Shown here piece by piece: positions 35,542-45,192 of a DNA stretch of 55,038 nt. The DNA comes from an uncultured Gammaproteobacteria bacterium (lineage in GTDB: Bacteria; Patescibacteriota; Microgenomatia; 2-02-FULL-39-11). The position numbers were made by a program, and so were the translations under genes. The notes under the pieces were generated by a model. The model worked only from the letters and a program-made list of their open reading frames with translations, ran no database searches and was not told the DNA's origin. The stretch lies in contig CAZFNL010000099.1 of the NCBI GenBank assembly GCA_964520615.1, positions 1-55,038 on the forward strand, given 5' to 3'. Each line of letters opens with the position of its first letter. Within the stretch, counting starts at the first letter, position 1.

Positions 35542-36591
35542 TTATCTGCCTACCTGTCCAATAAGGCTGTAAATAGGTGCGATAATTGAAAGCATCATAC
35601 CGCCGATAAGTATGCCGACAAAGATAAGCATGATAGGCTCAAGGAGTGTGGTAACTGTAGATAAAGTCTTGCCGACCTGGTAATCCATGTATTCTGAAAT
35701 ATCCAGCATTGATTTCTCCAGAGCACCGCTTTTTTCCCCAGCTTCAGTGATTTTAATCATAATCCTGGGAATTATCTTCTTATTATCTCTGAGTCCTTCA
35801 GAAAGCCTTCTACCGGAAAGAACCACATCACGGCAATGTCTGATTGCCACGGATACCTCTTTTTTCAAAACTGCATTTTGAATCAACTCCAGGGCAAAGG
35901 TGATGGGGATTCCGGCAGACAAAAGAAGAGAAAGGCTTCTGGTGAAGCGGGTGATATCCATCTCTTTGGCAAGCCGTGAAACAAGAGGGAGGGAAATAAT
36001 GACTGTCAGAAGCAGACGTTTCTGTCTTTTATATAAAAGGTAAATAAATATTAATATTGCGGCAGTCATGGAAATTATAGGTATGGTGTAAGTGAGAAGC
36101 ATGTTAGAAACAAATATGAGTATTTTTGTCGGCAGCGGCAGAATGACATTTAGACGCAGGAAGACCTGTGAGATTTTGGGGATAATAAAAGTGAGCATCA
36201 TAAGAAGTACGCCGCCGAAAGCAATAAGTATTAGGACAGGATAAGCCATGGCAGCCTTTATTTTATCCTTGAATTCGATTTCATTTTTGATATATGCTGT
36301 CATGTCATCCAGCGTCACTTCAAGAGTACCTGCTTCCTCAGCGGCCCGGATGATGTTTACCTCAACCTGATCAAAGACTGATGGGAATTTTTCAAAAGAG
36401 GAATAAAGTCTTTTCCCTTGCGTGAGGTCTTCACGGAGAGTTTCTAGAATTTTTTTCTGGTTTCCACGAGCGTCCTCAAGAAGGGAATCAACAATTTCCA
36501 AAATGGATATGCCCGCGGAAAGCATTATAGACATGTTGGTAACAAAGCCTATTTTTTCACCGTCCGAAAGTGTCAGGTTTTCAGTTTTCAT
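35542..36591 (-). CDS. pilC: type IV pilus/T2SS platform protein PilC/GspF
   Basis: AAEEAGTL, AMAYP, AGEKSGAL, LLEP, two GspF repeats. Confidence 0.92.
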   Translation of the reverse strand: MKTENLTLSDGEKIGFVTNMSIMLSAGISILEIVDSLLEDARGNQKKILETLREDLTQGKRLYSSFEKFPSVFDQVEVNIIRAAEEAGTLEVTLDDMTAYIKNEIEFKDKIKAAMAYPVLILIAFGGVLLMMLTFIIPKISQVFLRLNVILPLPTKILIFVSNMLLTYTIPIISMTAAILIFIYLLYKRQKRLLLTVIISLPLVSRLAKEMDITRFTRSLSLLLSAGIPITFALELIQNAVLKKEVSVAIRHCRDVVLSGRRLSEGLRDNKKIIPRIMIKITEAGEKSGALEKSMLDISEYMDYQVGKTLSTVTTLLEPIMLIFVGILIGGMMLSIIAPIYSLIGQVGR

Positions 36592-38275
36592 ACTGGTCTT
36601 CTACTTTTATTACGCGCAGCACTTCCTCGATGGTGGTAATTCCTTGAGAGACGCGTTTGAGGCCATCGTCAAGCATGGTGGTCATACCTTCATTTATGGC
36701 GGTGCGTGCTATGACATCTGAATCCTGTTTTTCGATAATAAGTTTTTTTATATCTTTAGTGACTTCAAGCACTTCAAATATACCAACCCTGCCTTTATAA
36801 CCTGTATAGTGGCAAAGTTTGTACCCCTTGCCGATATAGGTTTTAATCTCGTTTTCAGGACCGAAGTTTTTTGTGATAATTTCAGGAGGTATATGAGTAG
36901 CCAATTCTTCGGAACTTATTGAAGTTTGGGTTCTACACATTTCACAAATCCTGCGTAGAAGCCTCTGGGCAATAATTACATTTACTGTTGAGGCTACCAG
37001 AAAGGGTTCCACCCGCATATCGATAAGCCGCGGCAAGGCAGTAGCTGCGTCGTTTGTGTGAAGAGTGGAAAGGACAAGATGTCCGGTCAAGGCCGCATTT
37101 ACTGCGATTGCCGCAGTTTCAGTGTCCCGAATTTCCCCGACAAAGATGATATTTGGATCCTGCCGCAAAATAGATCGTAGGCCATTGGCAAATGTAAGGT
37201 TGGCTTTGGTATTTACCTGGATCTGGTTTACTCCTTTTATCCTGTATTCGACCGGGTCCTCAATAGTGGTGATATTTTTTTCCCTAGTATTGAGTATTTT
37301 TAGTATGGCGTATATTGCAGTGGTCTTGCCGGCACCTGTAGGGCCGGTGGAAAGAATCATACCGTAAGGCTTGTTATAAGCTTCAGTGACTTTTTTCAGA
37401 TCTTTTTCGTTCATCCCGAGATCCAAAAGTGAAAGATGTTCCACACTTGATGCAAGAAGTCTCAAAACAGCTTTTTCCCCGTCGACTACAGGCAATATGG
37501 AGACACGCAAATCCAGATTGTCATGGTCAACGGCAATCCTGATTTTTCCATCCTGGGGTCCCATATGTTCATCCGTGCGCAGTTTGGCCAGAACTTTTAT
37601 TCTTGTAATTATCCTGTCATTGAGTATTTTGGGTACATAAAGGACATTATGTAGAATTCCGTCGATTCTAAATCTGACAACAGAATTTTTTTCCTCAGGC
37701 TCGATATGTATATCTGAGGCTTTATCCTCATAAGCGTATTCAATAAGAAGATCAACTATTTTGGAAATTGGAGCTTCATCACTATCTGTAGTATTGGTCC
37801 GGCCAATTTCTTCTTTCAGAAGGCTGTCAAAAGTTTTTTGAAGGTTTTTACGGTATATATGAAGGGTGTTATGAATATCTTTTTCCGTGGCCAGATAAGC
37901 AGTAATATTTTCATTTGTCTTTTTCGCAATCATCTCTAGAACGTGATTATTTGACGGGTCAGCCATAGCTACTTTTATACCATCTTTATCCCGGCCAAAG
38001 GGGATGACATTTTGTTTTTTGGCAAATCTTTCGGGAATGATATGGACTATCTCGTCGGGGATGGAAATTTTACCGAGTGTAACAAAGGGATATTTGAGAA
38101 ATTCAGCGGTCAGTTTACCCAGATTTTCGTCTGATATGATTTCTTTTTCAACCAGTGCCTCGCCAAAGGAGATGCTTGAGTTTTTGGCGAGTTCTGACAC
38201 TTCCTCAAGCACTTTTTCGTTTACCAGTCCTTTTTGAGCCACCAACTGTTTAAGCTGGCTATCGGGCAGTAGCAT
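36581..38275 (-). CDS. pilB: type IV pilus assembly ATPase PilB/GspE
   Basis: ASDIHIEP, RFRIDG, GPTGAGKTT, TIEDPVEY, LRQDP, GEIRD, TGHLVLSTLHTN. Confidence 0.95.
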   Translation of the reverse strand: MLLPDSQLKQLVAQKGLVNEKVLEEVSELAKNSSISFGEALVEKEIISDENLGKLTAEFLKYPFVTLGKISIPDEIVHIIPERFAKKQNVIPFGRDKDGIKVAMADPSNNHVLEMIAKKTNENITAYLATEKDIHNTLHIYRKNLQKTFDSLLKEEIGRTNTTDSDEAPISKIVDLLIEYAYEDKASDIHIEPEEKNSVVRFRIDGILHNVLYVPKILNDRIITRIKVLAKLRTDEHMGPQDGKIRIAVDHDNLDLRVSILPVVDGEKAVLRLLASSVEHLSLLDLGMNEKDLKKVTEAYNKPYGMILSTGPTGAGKTTAIYAILKILNTREKNITTIEDPVEYRIKGVNQIQVNTKANLTFANGLRSILRQDPNIIFVGEIRDTETAAIAVNAALTGHLVLSTLHTNDAATALPRLIDMRVEPFLVASTVNVIIAQRLLRRICEMCRTQTSISSEELATHIPPEIITKNFGPENEIKTYIGKGYKLCHYTGYKGRVGIFEVLEVTKDIKKLIIEKQDSDVIARTAINEGMTTMLDDGLKRVSQGITTIEEVLRVIKVEDQYEN

Positions 38276-38459
38276 GGCAGTTATCCTAAATAAAATTAAC
38301 TAAAATTATCTGCAGTTGTTTAAGCTGGCTATAGGGTGACAGATAACTAATAAATTATTAATAATGTATATTATGATGATACTATCTTGTGAGTTCAAAC
38401 TGCAACAGAAATATCTTTTTTTCTTGACAGGTATGTTAAAATGGTTACATTAACTTGGA

Positions 38460-38755
38460 AAAGCGTTGATCCGGAAGGTTGGAGCCGGGGAGCTGAGCAA
38501 AAGTATGCTACGGAGGCGAAACCGTAAAAAGTCAAGCAGCGTGTGTCGTAATTAAAACGGAGCACGTCAGAAAAAGGTTTCCTTGCTGATGTCCCGACTT
38601 TACGTCGGGATTTTTTTATTCTCACATTGAGTATCCAGCAAGTCGACGAATCAAGGTGGCACCACGAAGAATTAGCGTCTAGAAATTGGTTTCTTGCGGC
38701 TAATAAATCGTCCTTTATTATTCATATTTTATGGATGAAAAAGGGCGATTTTTTT
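38460..38755 (+). promoter_or_regulatory. tryptophan T-box riboswitch with short stem I, antiterminator and terminator
   Basis: T-box AAGG-TGGCACC-ACG (38653-38666) pairs with CGT-CCTT (38709-38715); terminator AAATCGTCCTT...AAGGGCGATTT plus T run (38705-38755); 5' GCGTTGA...GGAGC kink-turn enclosing CCGG-AAGGT[TGG]AG-CCGG. Confidence 0.85.
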
Positions 38756-40138
38756 ATGGTGAAAAATATTCTGACAGTGCAAATCGGCCGATATCAGGAG
38801 GAAAAATTGGATATTCAGCTTTCGGCATTTGAGGTCTTCAAAAGACTTTATTCTTCCTGTTGCGAAGTGTTTCTTCTTGAGTCACTTGGAGAGGAAGGCA
38901 AATACAATAGATATTCCTATGTAGGTTTTTCCCCTGCGTATTTGATATCGGCATTAGGGGGAGAATTGATTATTAATAACCAGTTATTCAAAACTGAGAA
39001 TCCATACAGATTTCTGGTCGAAAAATTTAGCTTGCTGCAAAGTAATGGAAAGGGTTTTTGTGGAGGATTAGTCGGTTACGTTTCCTACGAATGTACAAAA
39101 TACTTTGAGCCGGCATTTTCAGATTTAACAAATTCCGGATTTCCCGATTTCCAGTTTGGTTTTTATGAAGACGGGCTTAAGTTTGATAAGAAAGGAAATT
39201 TTATCAGCTATTTCCACCACGGCAAATCAAGGAAAAGGGAAGTGGAAAATCTTATAAACCGTTCGGGGAGATTGGAAACGTTCAAGTATAAAGTTATCCC
39301 ACCCGTGTTTGGAAAAGAGAAACATAGAGAAATGGTAAGAGAGGTACAGAAAAATATAAAGGTGGGCAATATCTTTCAAGCAGTATTGTCACTTAAAAAG
39401 CATTATCAGGTAAGCGGGGACAAAAGAAGAATTTATGCCATTTTGCGCCGTATTAATCCTTCTCCCTATATGGTTTATATGAAATTTGGTCAGAGGGAAA
39501 TAATTTGTGCCAGCCCGGAACTTCTTATACGCGTGAAAGGTAAAGATATAGAACATTTCGGTACGCTTGCTGGCACGATAGGCAGGGGTAAGGACTTGAA
39601 GGAAGATAATTTGCTTGCACAAAAACTGGTGACAAATGAAAAAGAAATGGCGGAACACATGATGCTTGTTGATCTGGCCAGAAACGATATAGGAAAAATT
39701 TGTCAATTCGGAAGCGTCAGGGTAGATAAGCTGCATACGGTGAGAAAATACAGTAATGTACAACATTTGTATTCGGAAGTAAGAGGAAAGCTAACTGAAA
39801 GGGAAAATTGCTATAGCGCGCTTTCCGCATGTTTTCCCGCCGGGACGCTCAGCGGAGCACCCAAGATTGAAGCGATGAAACTTATTAGCAGATTAGAAGG
39901 TGAGTCAAGGGGGCCTTACGGCGGAGTCGCCGGATACTTTTCCCTGAACAGTGAGGCAATGCTGGCAATCATCATAAGATCTCTTTTTATTAATGGCGAT
40001 CATGCGTATACGCAGACGGGAAGCGGAATAGTCTTGGATTCAAGGGCGGAAAGTGAATACCAGGAAATAATAAATAAACAGAAAGCAATTGAGGAAGCCC
40101 TTCGGCTTGCTTCGCATCCTCAGGATAAACTTTTATGA
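38756..40138 (+). CDS. trpE: anthranilate synthase component I
   Basis: FLLES, GGLVGY, NPSPY, ASPE, EHMMLVDLARND, FPAGTLSGAPK; start reassigned to the ATG after the T-box terminator. Confidence 0.92.
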   Translation: MVKNILTVQIGRYQEEKLDIQLSAFEVFKRLYSSCCEVFLLESLGEEGKYNRYSYVGFSPAYLISALGGELIINNQLFKTENPYRFLVEKFSLLQSNGKGFCGGLVGYVSYECTKYFEPAFSDLTNSGFPDFQFGFYEDGLKFDKKGNFISYFHHGKSRKREVENLINRSGRLETFKYKVIPPVFGKEKHREMVREVQKNIKVGNIFQAVLSLKKHYQVSGDKRRIYAILRRINPSPYMVYMKFGQREIICASPELLIRVKGKDIEHFGTLAGTIGRGKDLKEDNLLAQKLVTNEKEMAEHMMLVDLARNDIGKICQFGSVRVDKLHTVRKYSNVQHLYSEVRGKLTERENCYSALSACFPAGTLSGAPKIEAMKLISRLEGESRGPYGGVAGYFSLNSEAMLAIIIRSLFINGDHAYTQTGSGIVLDSRAESEYQEIINKQKAIEEALRLASHPQDKLL

Positions 40139-40725
40139 AAACACTTATTATTGATAACTATGATTCGTTTACTTACAACCTTTACCAATTAGTTGGGGAA
40201 TTAGAAGGGAATCCAGAGGTGGTAAGAAATGATAAGTTGACTACTTTGGATATTAAGAGGGGAATGTATACCCATATAGTAATTTCTCCCGGACCCGGAG
40301 ATCCTTCCGATAGGCAATATTTTGGAGTCTGTTCGGATGTAATCCAAATTTTTGGTTCAAGGATTCCCATTTTAGGAGTTTGTCTGGGACATCAGGGAAT
40401 AATTTATGCTTTTGGAGGTCAGATAGTCCGGGCTAAAGTTATAAAGCACGGAAAAACGAGCAATATAAGACATAATGGTAGAGGAATATTTGAAGGTATC
40501 AAAGATCTAGTGAAGGGAATGCGGTACCATTCGCTGGTTGGCGATATAGAAAGCTTACCAGTATGTTTGGAAATTACAGCAGAGTCTATTGACGATAGGG
40601 AAATCATGGGTATTAGACACAAAAATTATCCGGTCTTTGGTATCCAATTCCATCCAGAATCTATCGGAACCGACTATGGTAATTTGATTATCAAAAACTT
40701 TCTGTCAGAAAAGACAGGCAAATGA
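40135..40725 (+). CDS. trpG: anthranilate synthase component II
   Basis: IDNYDSFTYN, SPGPG, GVCLGHQ, RYHSL, QFHPES. Confidence 0.95.
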   Translation: MKTLIIDNYDSFTYNLYQLVGELEGNPEVVRNDKLTTLDIKRGMYTHIVISPGPGDPSDRQYFGVCSDVIQIFGSRIPILGVCLGHQGIIYAFGGQIVRAKVIKHGKTSNIRHNGRGIFEGIKDLVKGMRYHSLVGDIESLPVCLEITAESIDDREIMGIRHKNYPVFGIQFHPESIGTDYGNLIIKNFLSEKTGK

Positions 40726-40796
40726 ATATGAGTCAGTCGGAACAAAAGAGGGGAAGAAGATTATGAAGAATTTTCTGGATATATAAAAGGATAATT

Positions 40797-41810
40797 ATGG
40801 ATTTTAAGAAAAAACTGGAAAAGATAATAAACAGGCAGGATTTGACACGTTTTGAAGCCGAGGAGCTAATGGAGGATATTTTATTTGGCAATCTGACGTC
40901 GCCACAAATTTCATCTGTTTTGACGGCATTGCGGATGAAAGAGGAATCACCGAAAGAGATATTTGGATTTATAAACGTTATGAGAAAACATATGGTGAAG
41001 ATAAAAACTCGCGCGCTTACTATTGATACATGCGGGACAGGGGGAGACGGAAAAGGGACATTTAACATATCAACAGCTGCGGCGCTCTTGACGGCCGCTT
41101 CCGGGGTAAATGTTGCAAAACACGGCAACAGGAATGCTTCAAGCCTTTGCGGTAGTGCCGACGTGTTGGAGGAATTGGGGGTTGGGATAAACCTGGCGTC
41201 TGTCCAGGCGGAAAAAATGCTCAGCAAAATCGGATTTACTTTTTTATACGCACCTTTGTTTCATCCGGCAATGAAAAAAGTCGTGCCGGTAAGAAGAGAG
41301 TTGAAGATTCGGACAGTTTTTAATTTTCTGGGTCCGTTTGTGTCTCCGGCCGGAGTCAAAAGGCAGATTATAGGCGTACCCGGCGTTATGCTTGCGCGAA
41401 GACTTGCTGAGGTAGCCGGTAATTTGGATTATGAACATCTGCTTGTTGTTGCCGGCAGCGACGGAATGGATGAAATCAGCCTGTCGGCGCCGACTGTACT
41501 TTTTGAAGTTAAGGGGAGAAGGATGAGTAAGATGGCTGTTGATCCGCAAAGTTTCGGATTTGAGAAAGTCTCTCAGGAAGATATAAGAGGAGGAGACGCG
41601 AAGGAAAATGCCCGGATAATAAGAAGAATTTTTGACGGGAAGAAAAGTGCGGCAAGAGATATTGTGGTATTAAATAGTGCCGCGGCACTTTATGTAGCCG
41701 GAAAAACCAAAACAATTTCGGATGGTGTAGGACTAGCAGCCGAAACAATAGACAGCGGGAAAGCAAAAGAGTTATTAGAAAAAGTTGTTAATTATAGATA
41801 TGAGAACTAA
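40797..41810 (+). CDS. trpD: anthranilate phosphoribosyltransferase
   Basis: DTCGTGGDG, NIST, KHGNR, GSADVLE, DGMDE. Confidence 0.96.
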   Translation: MDFKKKLEKIINRQDLTRFEAEELMEDILFGNLTSPQISSVLTALRMKEESPKEIFGFINVMRKHMVKIKTRALTIDTCGTGGDGKGTFNISTAAALLTAASGVNVAKHGNRNASSLCGSADVLEELGVGINLASVQAEKMLSKIGFTFLYAPLFHPAMKKVVPVRRELKIRTVFNFLGPFVSPAGVKRQIIGVPGVMLARRLAEVAGNLDYEHLLVVAGSDGMDEISLSAPTVLFEVKGRRMSKMAVDPQSFGFEKVSQEDIRGGDAKENARIIRRIFDGKKSAARDIVVLNSAAALYVAGKTKTISDGVGLAAETIDSGKAKELLEKVVNYRYEN

Positions 41811-42540
41811 ATTGAAAGATATTATAGACAGTAAACTCACTGAATTGGCAAAGAAGAAAAGTGCAAAGGATTTTTTTCAGGCAGTCAGGAAGCTAAAAAG
41901 AGGAAATACGGCCATTATTGCCGAGATAAAACTGGTTTCTCCGTCAGAAGGCCGACTGGGAAAAGAGAATGAAGCGGTAAAATTTGCGCAGGAATACGAA
42001 AAGGGCGGTGCAGATGCAATTTCGGTTGTCGCAGATAACAAATATTTCGGCGGTTCATATAAATTATTGAAAAGAATTAAAAAAAATACCAGTCTACCTA
42101 TTTTAGCAAAAGATTTTGTTATAGATTCTTACCAGATATTTGAGGCGAAATTTTTTGGAGCGGATGCAATACTGCTTATTGCAAAATTACTTTCAGGCAG
42201 AAAATTAAAAGAATATGCCCGGATTTGTTTTGAACTGAATATCGAACCTGTTGTTGAAGTGCATACTAAGGAGGAGTTAAGAAAAGCCTATCGTTCTGGT
42301 AGCAGAATTATTGCGGTAAATGCGCGTGATCTTCATTCATTTGAAGTTGATGTGGGGAGAGCATGTGACTTACTTTTACAAGTTTCTAAAAAATATGTGA
42401 AGTTGGGTTTTTCCGGCGTGGCAGGCAGAAGGGAAGTGGAAAAATATAAAAGAGCCGGAATAAAGGCAGTGCTTGTTGGTACCGCACTTATGCAAACCAA
42501 GGATAAAAAAGATTTTATAAAGAATTTGAAAAGAGTATGA
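41800..42540 (+). CDS. trpC: indole-3-glycerol phosphate synthase
   Basis: IIAEIK..SPS.G, GADAISV, KDF, VEVH, VNARDL. Confidence 0.93.
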   Translation: MRTKLKDIIDSKLTELAKKKSAKDFFQAVRKLKRGNTAIIAEIKLVSPSEGRLGKENEAVKFAQEYEKGGADAISVVADNKYFGGSYKLLKRIKKNTSLPILAKDFVIDSYQIFEAKFFGADAILLIAKLLSGRKLKEYARICFELNIEPVVEVHTKEELRKAYRSGSRIIAVNARDLHSFEVDVGRACDLLLQVSKKYVKLGFSGVAGRREVEKYKRAGIKAVLVGTALMQTKDKKDFIKNLKRV

Positions 42541-43157
42541 AAGCAAAGGTAAAAATCTGCGGAATTAAAAGTTATGAGGACGCTGTGATATGTGTCAATG
42601 CTGGAGCGGATTTTTTAGGATTTAATTTTGTTGGCAGTTCCAGACATTTCATAAATCCGAAAGATGCTTTTAAGTTTGTTAAACTTTTAACTTCAAAAGT
42701 CAAAAAGGTAGGTATATTTCAGAATGAAAGTGAAGACACGGTTAATAAGTTAATTAAACTTCTGGATTTGGATTTTGTCCAGTTACACGGGGATGAAAGC
42801 GCTAATTATACAACTGGAATTAAAGGCGCAGGAATAATAAAAGTATTTCCCTTGGAGAAGGATTTTGATAGAGGAATCTTATTGGATCAGGTAAAAAAAT
42901 ACAATACTGATTATTTTTTAGTGGATAGGGAGAAACAGGGAATAGGCAAGTCTTTAAGTCTTGAAAGAATAAGAGATTTAAATATAGGAAAAAAGCTATT
43001 TCTAGCAGGAGGATTGAGTGATAAAAATGTCAGAAAGGCGATTGAAATGACCCATTCATATGCAGTTGACGTAGCCGGGGGAGTGGAAACAGACGGGGAA
43101 AAAGACAAAGAGAAAATTTACAGATTTATAAGGGAGGCAAAAAAGTATGATTTTTAG
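42537..43157 (+). CDS. trpF: phosphoribosylanthranilate isomerase
   Basis: VKICGI, QLHGDE, LAGGL, VDV..GVE. Confidence 0.95.
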   Translation: MKAKVKICGIKSYEDAVICVNAGADFLGFNFVGSSRHFINPKDAFKFVKLLTSKVKKVGIFQNESEDTVNKLIKLLDLDFVQLHGDESANYTTGIKGAGIIKVFPLEKDFDRGILLDQVKKYNTDYFLVDREKQGIGKSLSLERIRDLNIGKKLFLAGGLSDKNVRKAIEMTHSYAVDVAGGVETDGEKDKEKIYRFIREAKKYDF

Positions 43158-44394
43158 TTTCAAAACCTCATATGACGGTGATTGTAATGGTCATTTTGGC
43201 AATTACGGCGGACGGTTTGCGCCTGAAATGCTGATTCCGGCTTTGGAAGAGCTGGAGGCGATATATCTAAAAGCCAAAAAAGATAAGAATTTTGAAAAGG
43301 AGTTTATATCGTATCTCACCGGTTTTGCAGGCCGGCCGACCCCGCTGACTTTTGCCGCCAACCTGACAAAAAAGCTCGGAGGGGCAAAAATATACCTGAA
43401 AAATGAAGGTTTGAACCTGAGCGGCGCCCACAAAATCACCCATTGTATCGGACAGGCACTTTTGGCAAAGCGGATGGGGAAAAAAAGACTTATTGCCGAA
43501 ACCGGAGCCGGGCAGCACGGCAAAGCGGTGGCAACGGTTGCGGCCAAATTCGGTTTTGAGTGCACCGTCTATATGGGGGAGAGGGATATTGAGCGTCAGC
43601 GGCCAAATGTCTTCTGGATGCAACAACTGGGTGCAGAGGTAGTGCCTGTCAGTTTTGGCACAAAGACTCTAAAGGATGCGACCAATGCGGCTTTGAAAGA
43701 CTGGATTACAAACGTCCGGGACAGCCATTATCTTTTGGGATCTACTGTCGGTCCGCATCCGTTCCCCTCAATAAACCGCGACTTCCAGTCGGTAGTAGGA
43801 ATGGAAGTTGAAAAACAAGTTAAAAGGTTTGAGGACAGACTGCCTGATTATCTTATTGCCTGTGTGGGTGGAGGAAGCAATTCCATGGGTCTTTTTTACC
43901 GCTTTCTGGATAAAAAGAGAGTAAGATTGGTCGGAGTTGAGGCGGGCGGAAGGGGAGTGGAAAGAGCGGGCGGGCATGCAGCCAGATTTTTTAGAGGGAA
44001 AACCGGAGTGGCGGAAGGTTATAAAACAGTTTTTCTGCAGGATAAATACGGAAATCTGTCCCCGACCCACAGCGTATCTGCGGGCCTTGATTATCCGGGT
44101 ATCGGACCGCAGCTGGCATATCTGAGAGAAAAAGGCAGGGTGAAATTTACTTATGCTACAGACAGGGAAGTATTGGCTGCTTTTAGTCTGCTTGCAAAAA
44201 CTGAAGGGATTATATGCGCCCTGGAGTCTGCCCATGCTGTAGCTTATGCCATAAAGCTGGCGCCAATGCTTTCCAAAGACAAAATTATCGTAGTGAACCT
44301 TTCCGGAGCGGGGGATAAGGATATTTTTATAATTGCCGGGGCACTAAAAGATAAAGAGTGGATGGAGTTTTTGAAAAGCAGAGTAGTTTATTAA
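43147..44394 (+). CDS. trpB: tryptophan synthase beta
   Basis: GAHK PLP lysine, AETGAGQHG, GGGSN, SAGLDYPG. Confidence 0.97.
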   Translation: MIFSFKTSYDGDCNGHFGNYGGRFAPEMLIPALEELEAIYLKAKKDKNFEKEFISYLTGFAGRPTPLTFAANLTKKLGGAKIYLKNEGLNLSGAHKITHCIGQALLAKRMGKKRLIAETGAGQHGKAVATVAAKFGFECTVYMGERDIERQRPNVFWMQQLGAEVVPVSFGTKTLKDATNAALKDWITNVRDSHYLLGSTVGPHPFPSINRDFQSVVGMEVEKQVKRFEDRLPDYLIACVGGGSNSMGLFYRFLDKKRVRLVGVEAGGRGVERAGGHAARFFRGKTGVAEGYKTVFLQDKYGNLSPTHSVSAGLDYPGIGPQLAYLREKGRVKFTYATDREVLAAFSLLAKTEGIICALESAHAVAYAIKLAPMLSKDKIIVVNLSGAGDKDIFIIAGALKDKEWMEFLKSRVVY

Positions 44395-44406
44395 ACATTC
44401 AAATAT

Positions 44407-45192
44407 ATGAATTCTATTGACAGTCAAGTTAAAAAATTAAAAACAAATCATCAACTGGGTCTTATGGCTCATGCGGTCGTTGGATATCCGACACTATTTG
44501 AAAGCGGCAGGATTATAAAGAGGCTGGTTAAAAAGGGAGCTGATTTTCTGGAGCTGCAGATTCCCTTTTCCGACCCTATTGCTGACGGGCCGACAATAAT
44601 AAGAGCCTGTGAAGAGTCTTTGGGAAAAGGTGTAAATACTGATAGCGCTTTTGGACTGATTGGCGGGATTATGAAAGAAATTAATATACCGGCGGTAATA
44701 ATGGCGTATTATAATACTGTTTTTCGGTATGGTTTGGAGAGATTTTGTCAAAAGGCAAGTAAAATGAGTATTTCCGGACTGATAGTGCCGGATATTCCGC
44801 CCGAGGAAGAAAAGAATGAGAAATTCATAAGCACCTGTCTTAAATACGATCTATATCCTATCCGTGTTATCTCGCCTTCAAGCGGGCAACAGAGGTTAAA
44901 GATTAACGCCGGATACGCAAAAGGATTTATATATTGCGTCAGCCATTTTGGTGTGACAGGATCCGGTGTAAAAGTCGATAGAAGCCTGATGGACTATATT
45001 TCAAAGGTCAAAAAGACTGTCGGATTGCCGGTTGCGGTAGGTTTTGGGATAGAAAAAAGAGAGCAGGTGGAAGAACTCAGGGATATTGCCGATATAGCCG
45101 TTGTCGGAAGCGCCATAATCAGAAATTATGATAAAGGGGGTTTAAAAATGGTAGAGTCTTTTATTAAGCAGTTAAAAGAAGGTACAATATGA
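44407..45192 (+). CDS. trpA: tryptophan synthase alpha
   Basis: ELQIPFSDPIADGPTI, GVTG, VGFGI, VVGSA. Confidence 0.96.
   Translation: MNSIDSQVKKLKTNHQLGLMAHAVVGYPTLFESGRIIKRLVKKGADFLELQIPFSDPIADGPTIIRACEESLGKGVNTDSAFGLIGGIMKEINIPAVIMAYYNTVFRYGLERFCQKASKMSISGLIVPDIPPEEEKNEKFISTCLKYDLYPIRVISPSSGQQRLKINAGYAKGFIYCVSHFGVTGSGVKVDRSLMDYISKVKKTVGLPVAVGFGIEKREQVEELRDIADIAVVGSAIIRNYDKGGLKMVESFIKQLKEGTI

Noticed and set aside
38395-38625. 76-aa minus-strand ORF
   Set aside because: Antisense to the T-box leader; no coding features
38627-38755. Trp-containing 43-aa N-terminal extension of TrpE as a ribosome-stalling leader peptide
   Set aside because: TTG start without an RBS, scattered rather than tandem Trp codons, in frame with trpE, and it overlaps a clear T-box antiterminator/terminator
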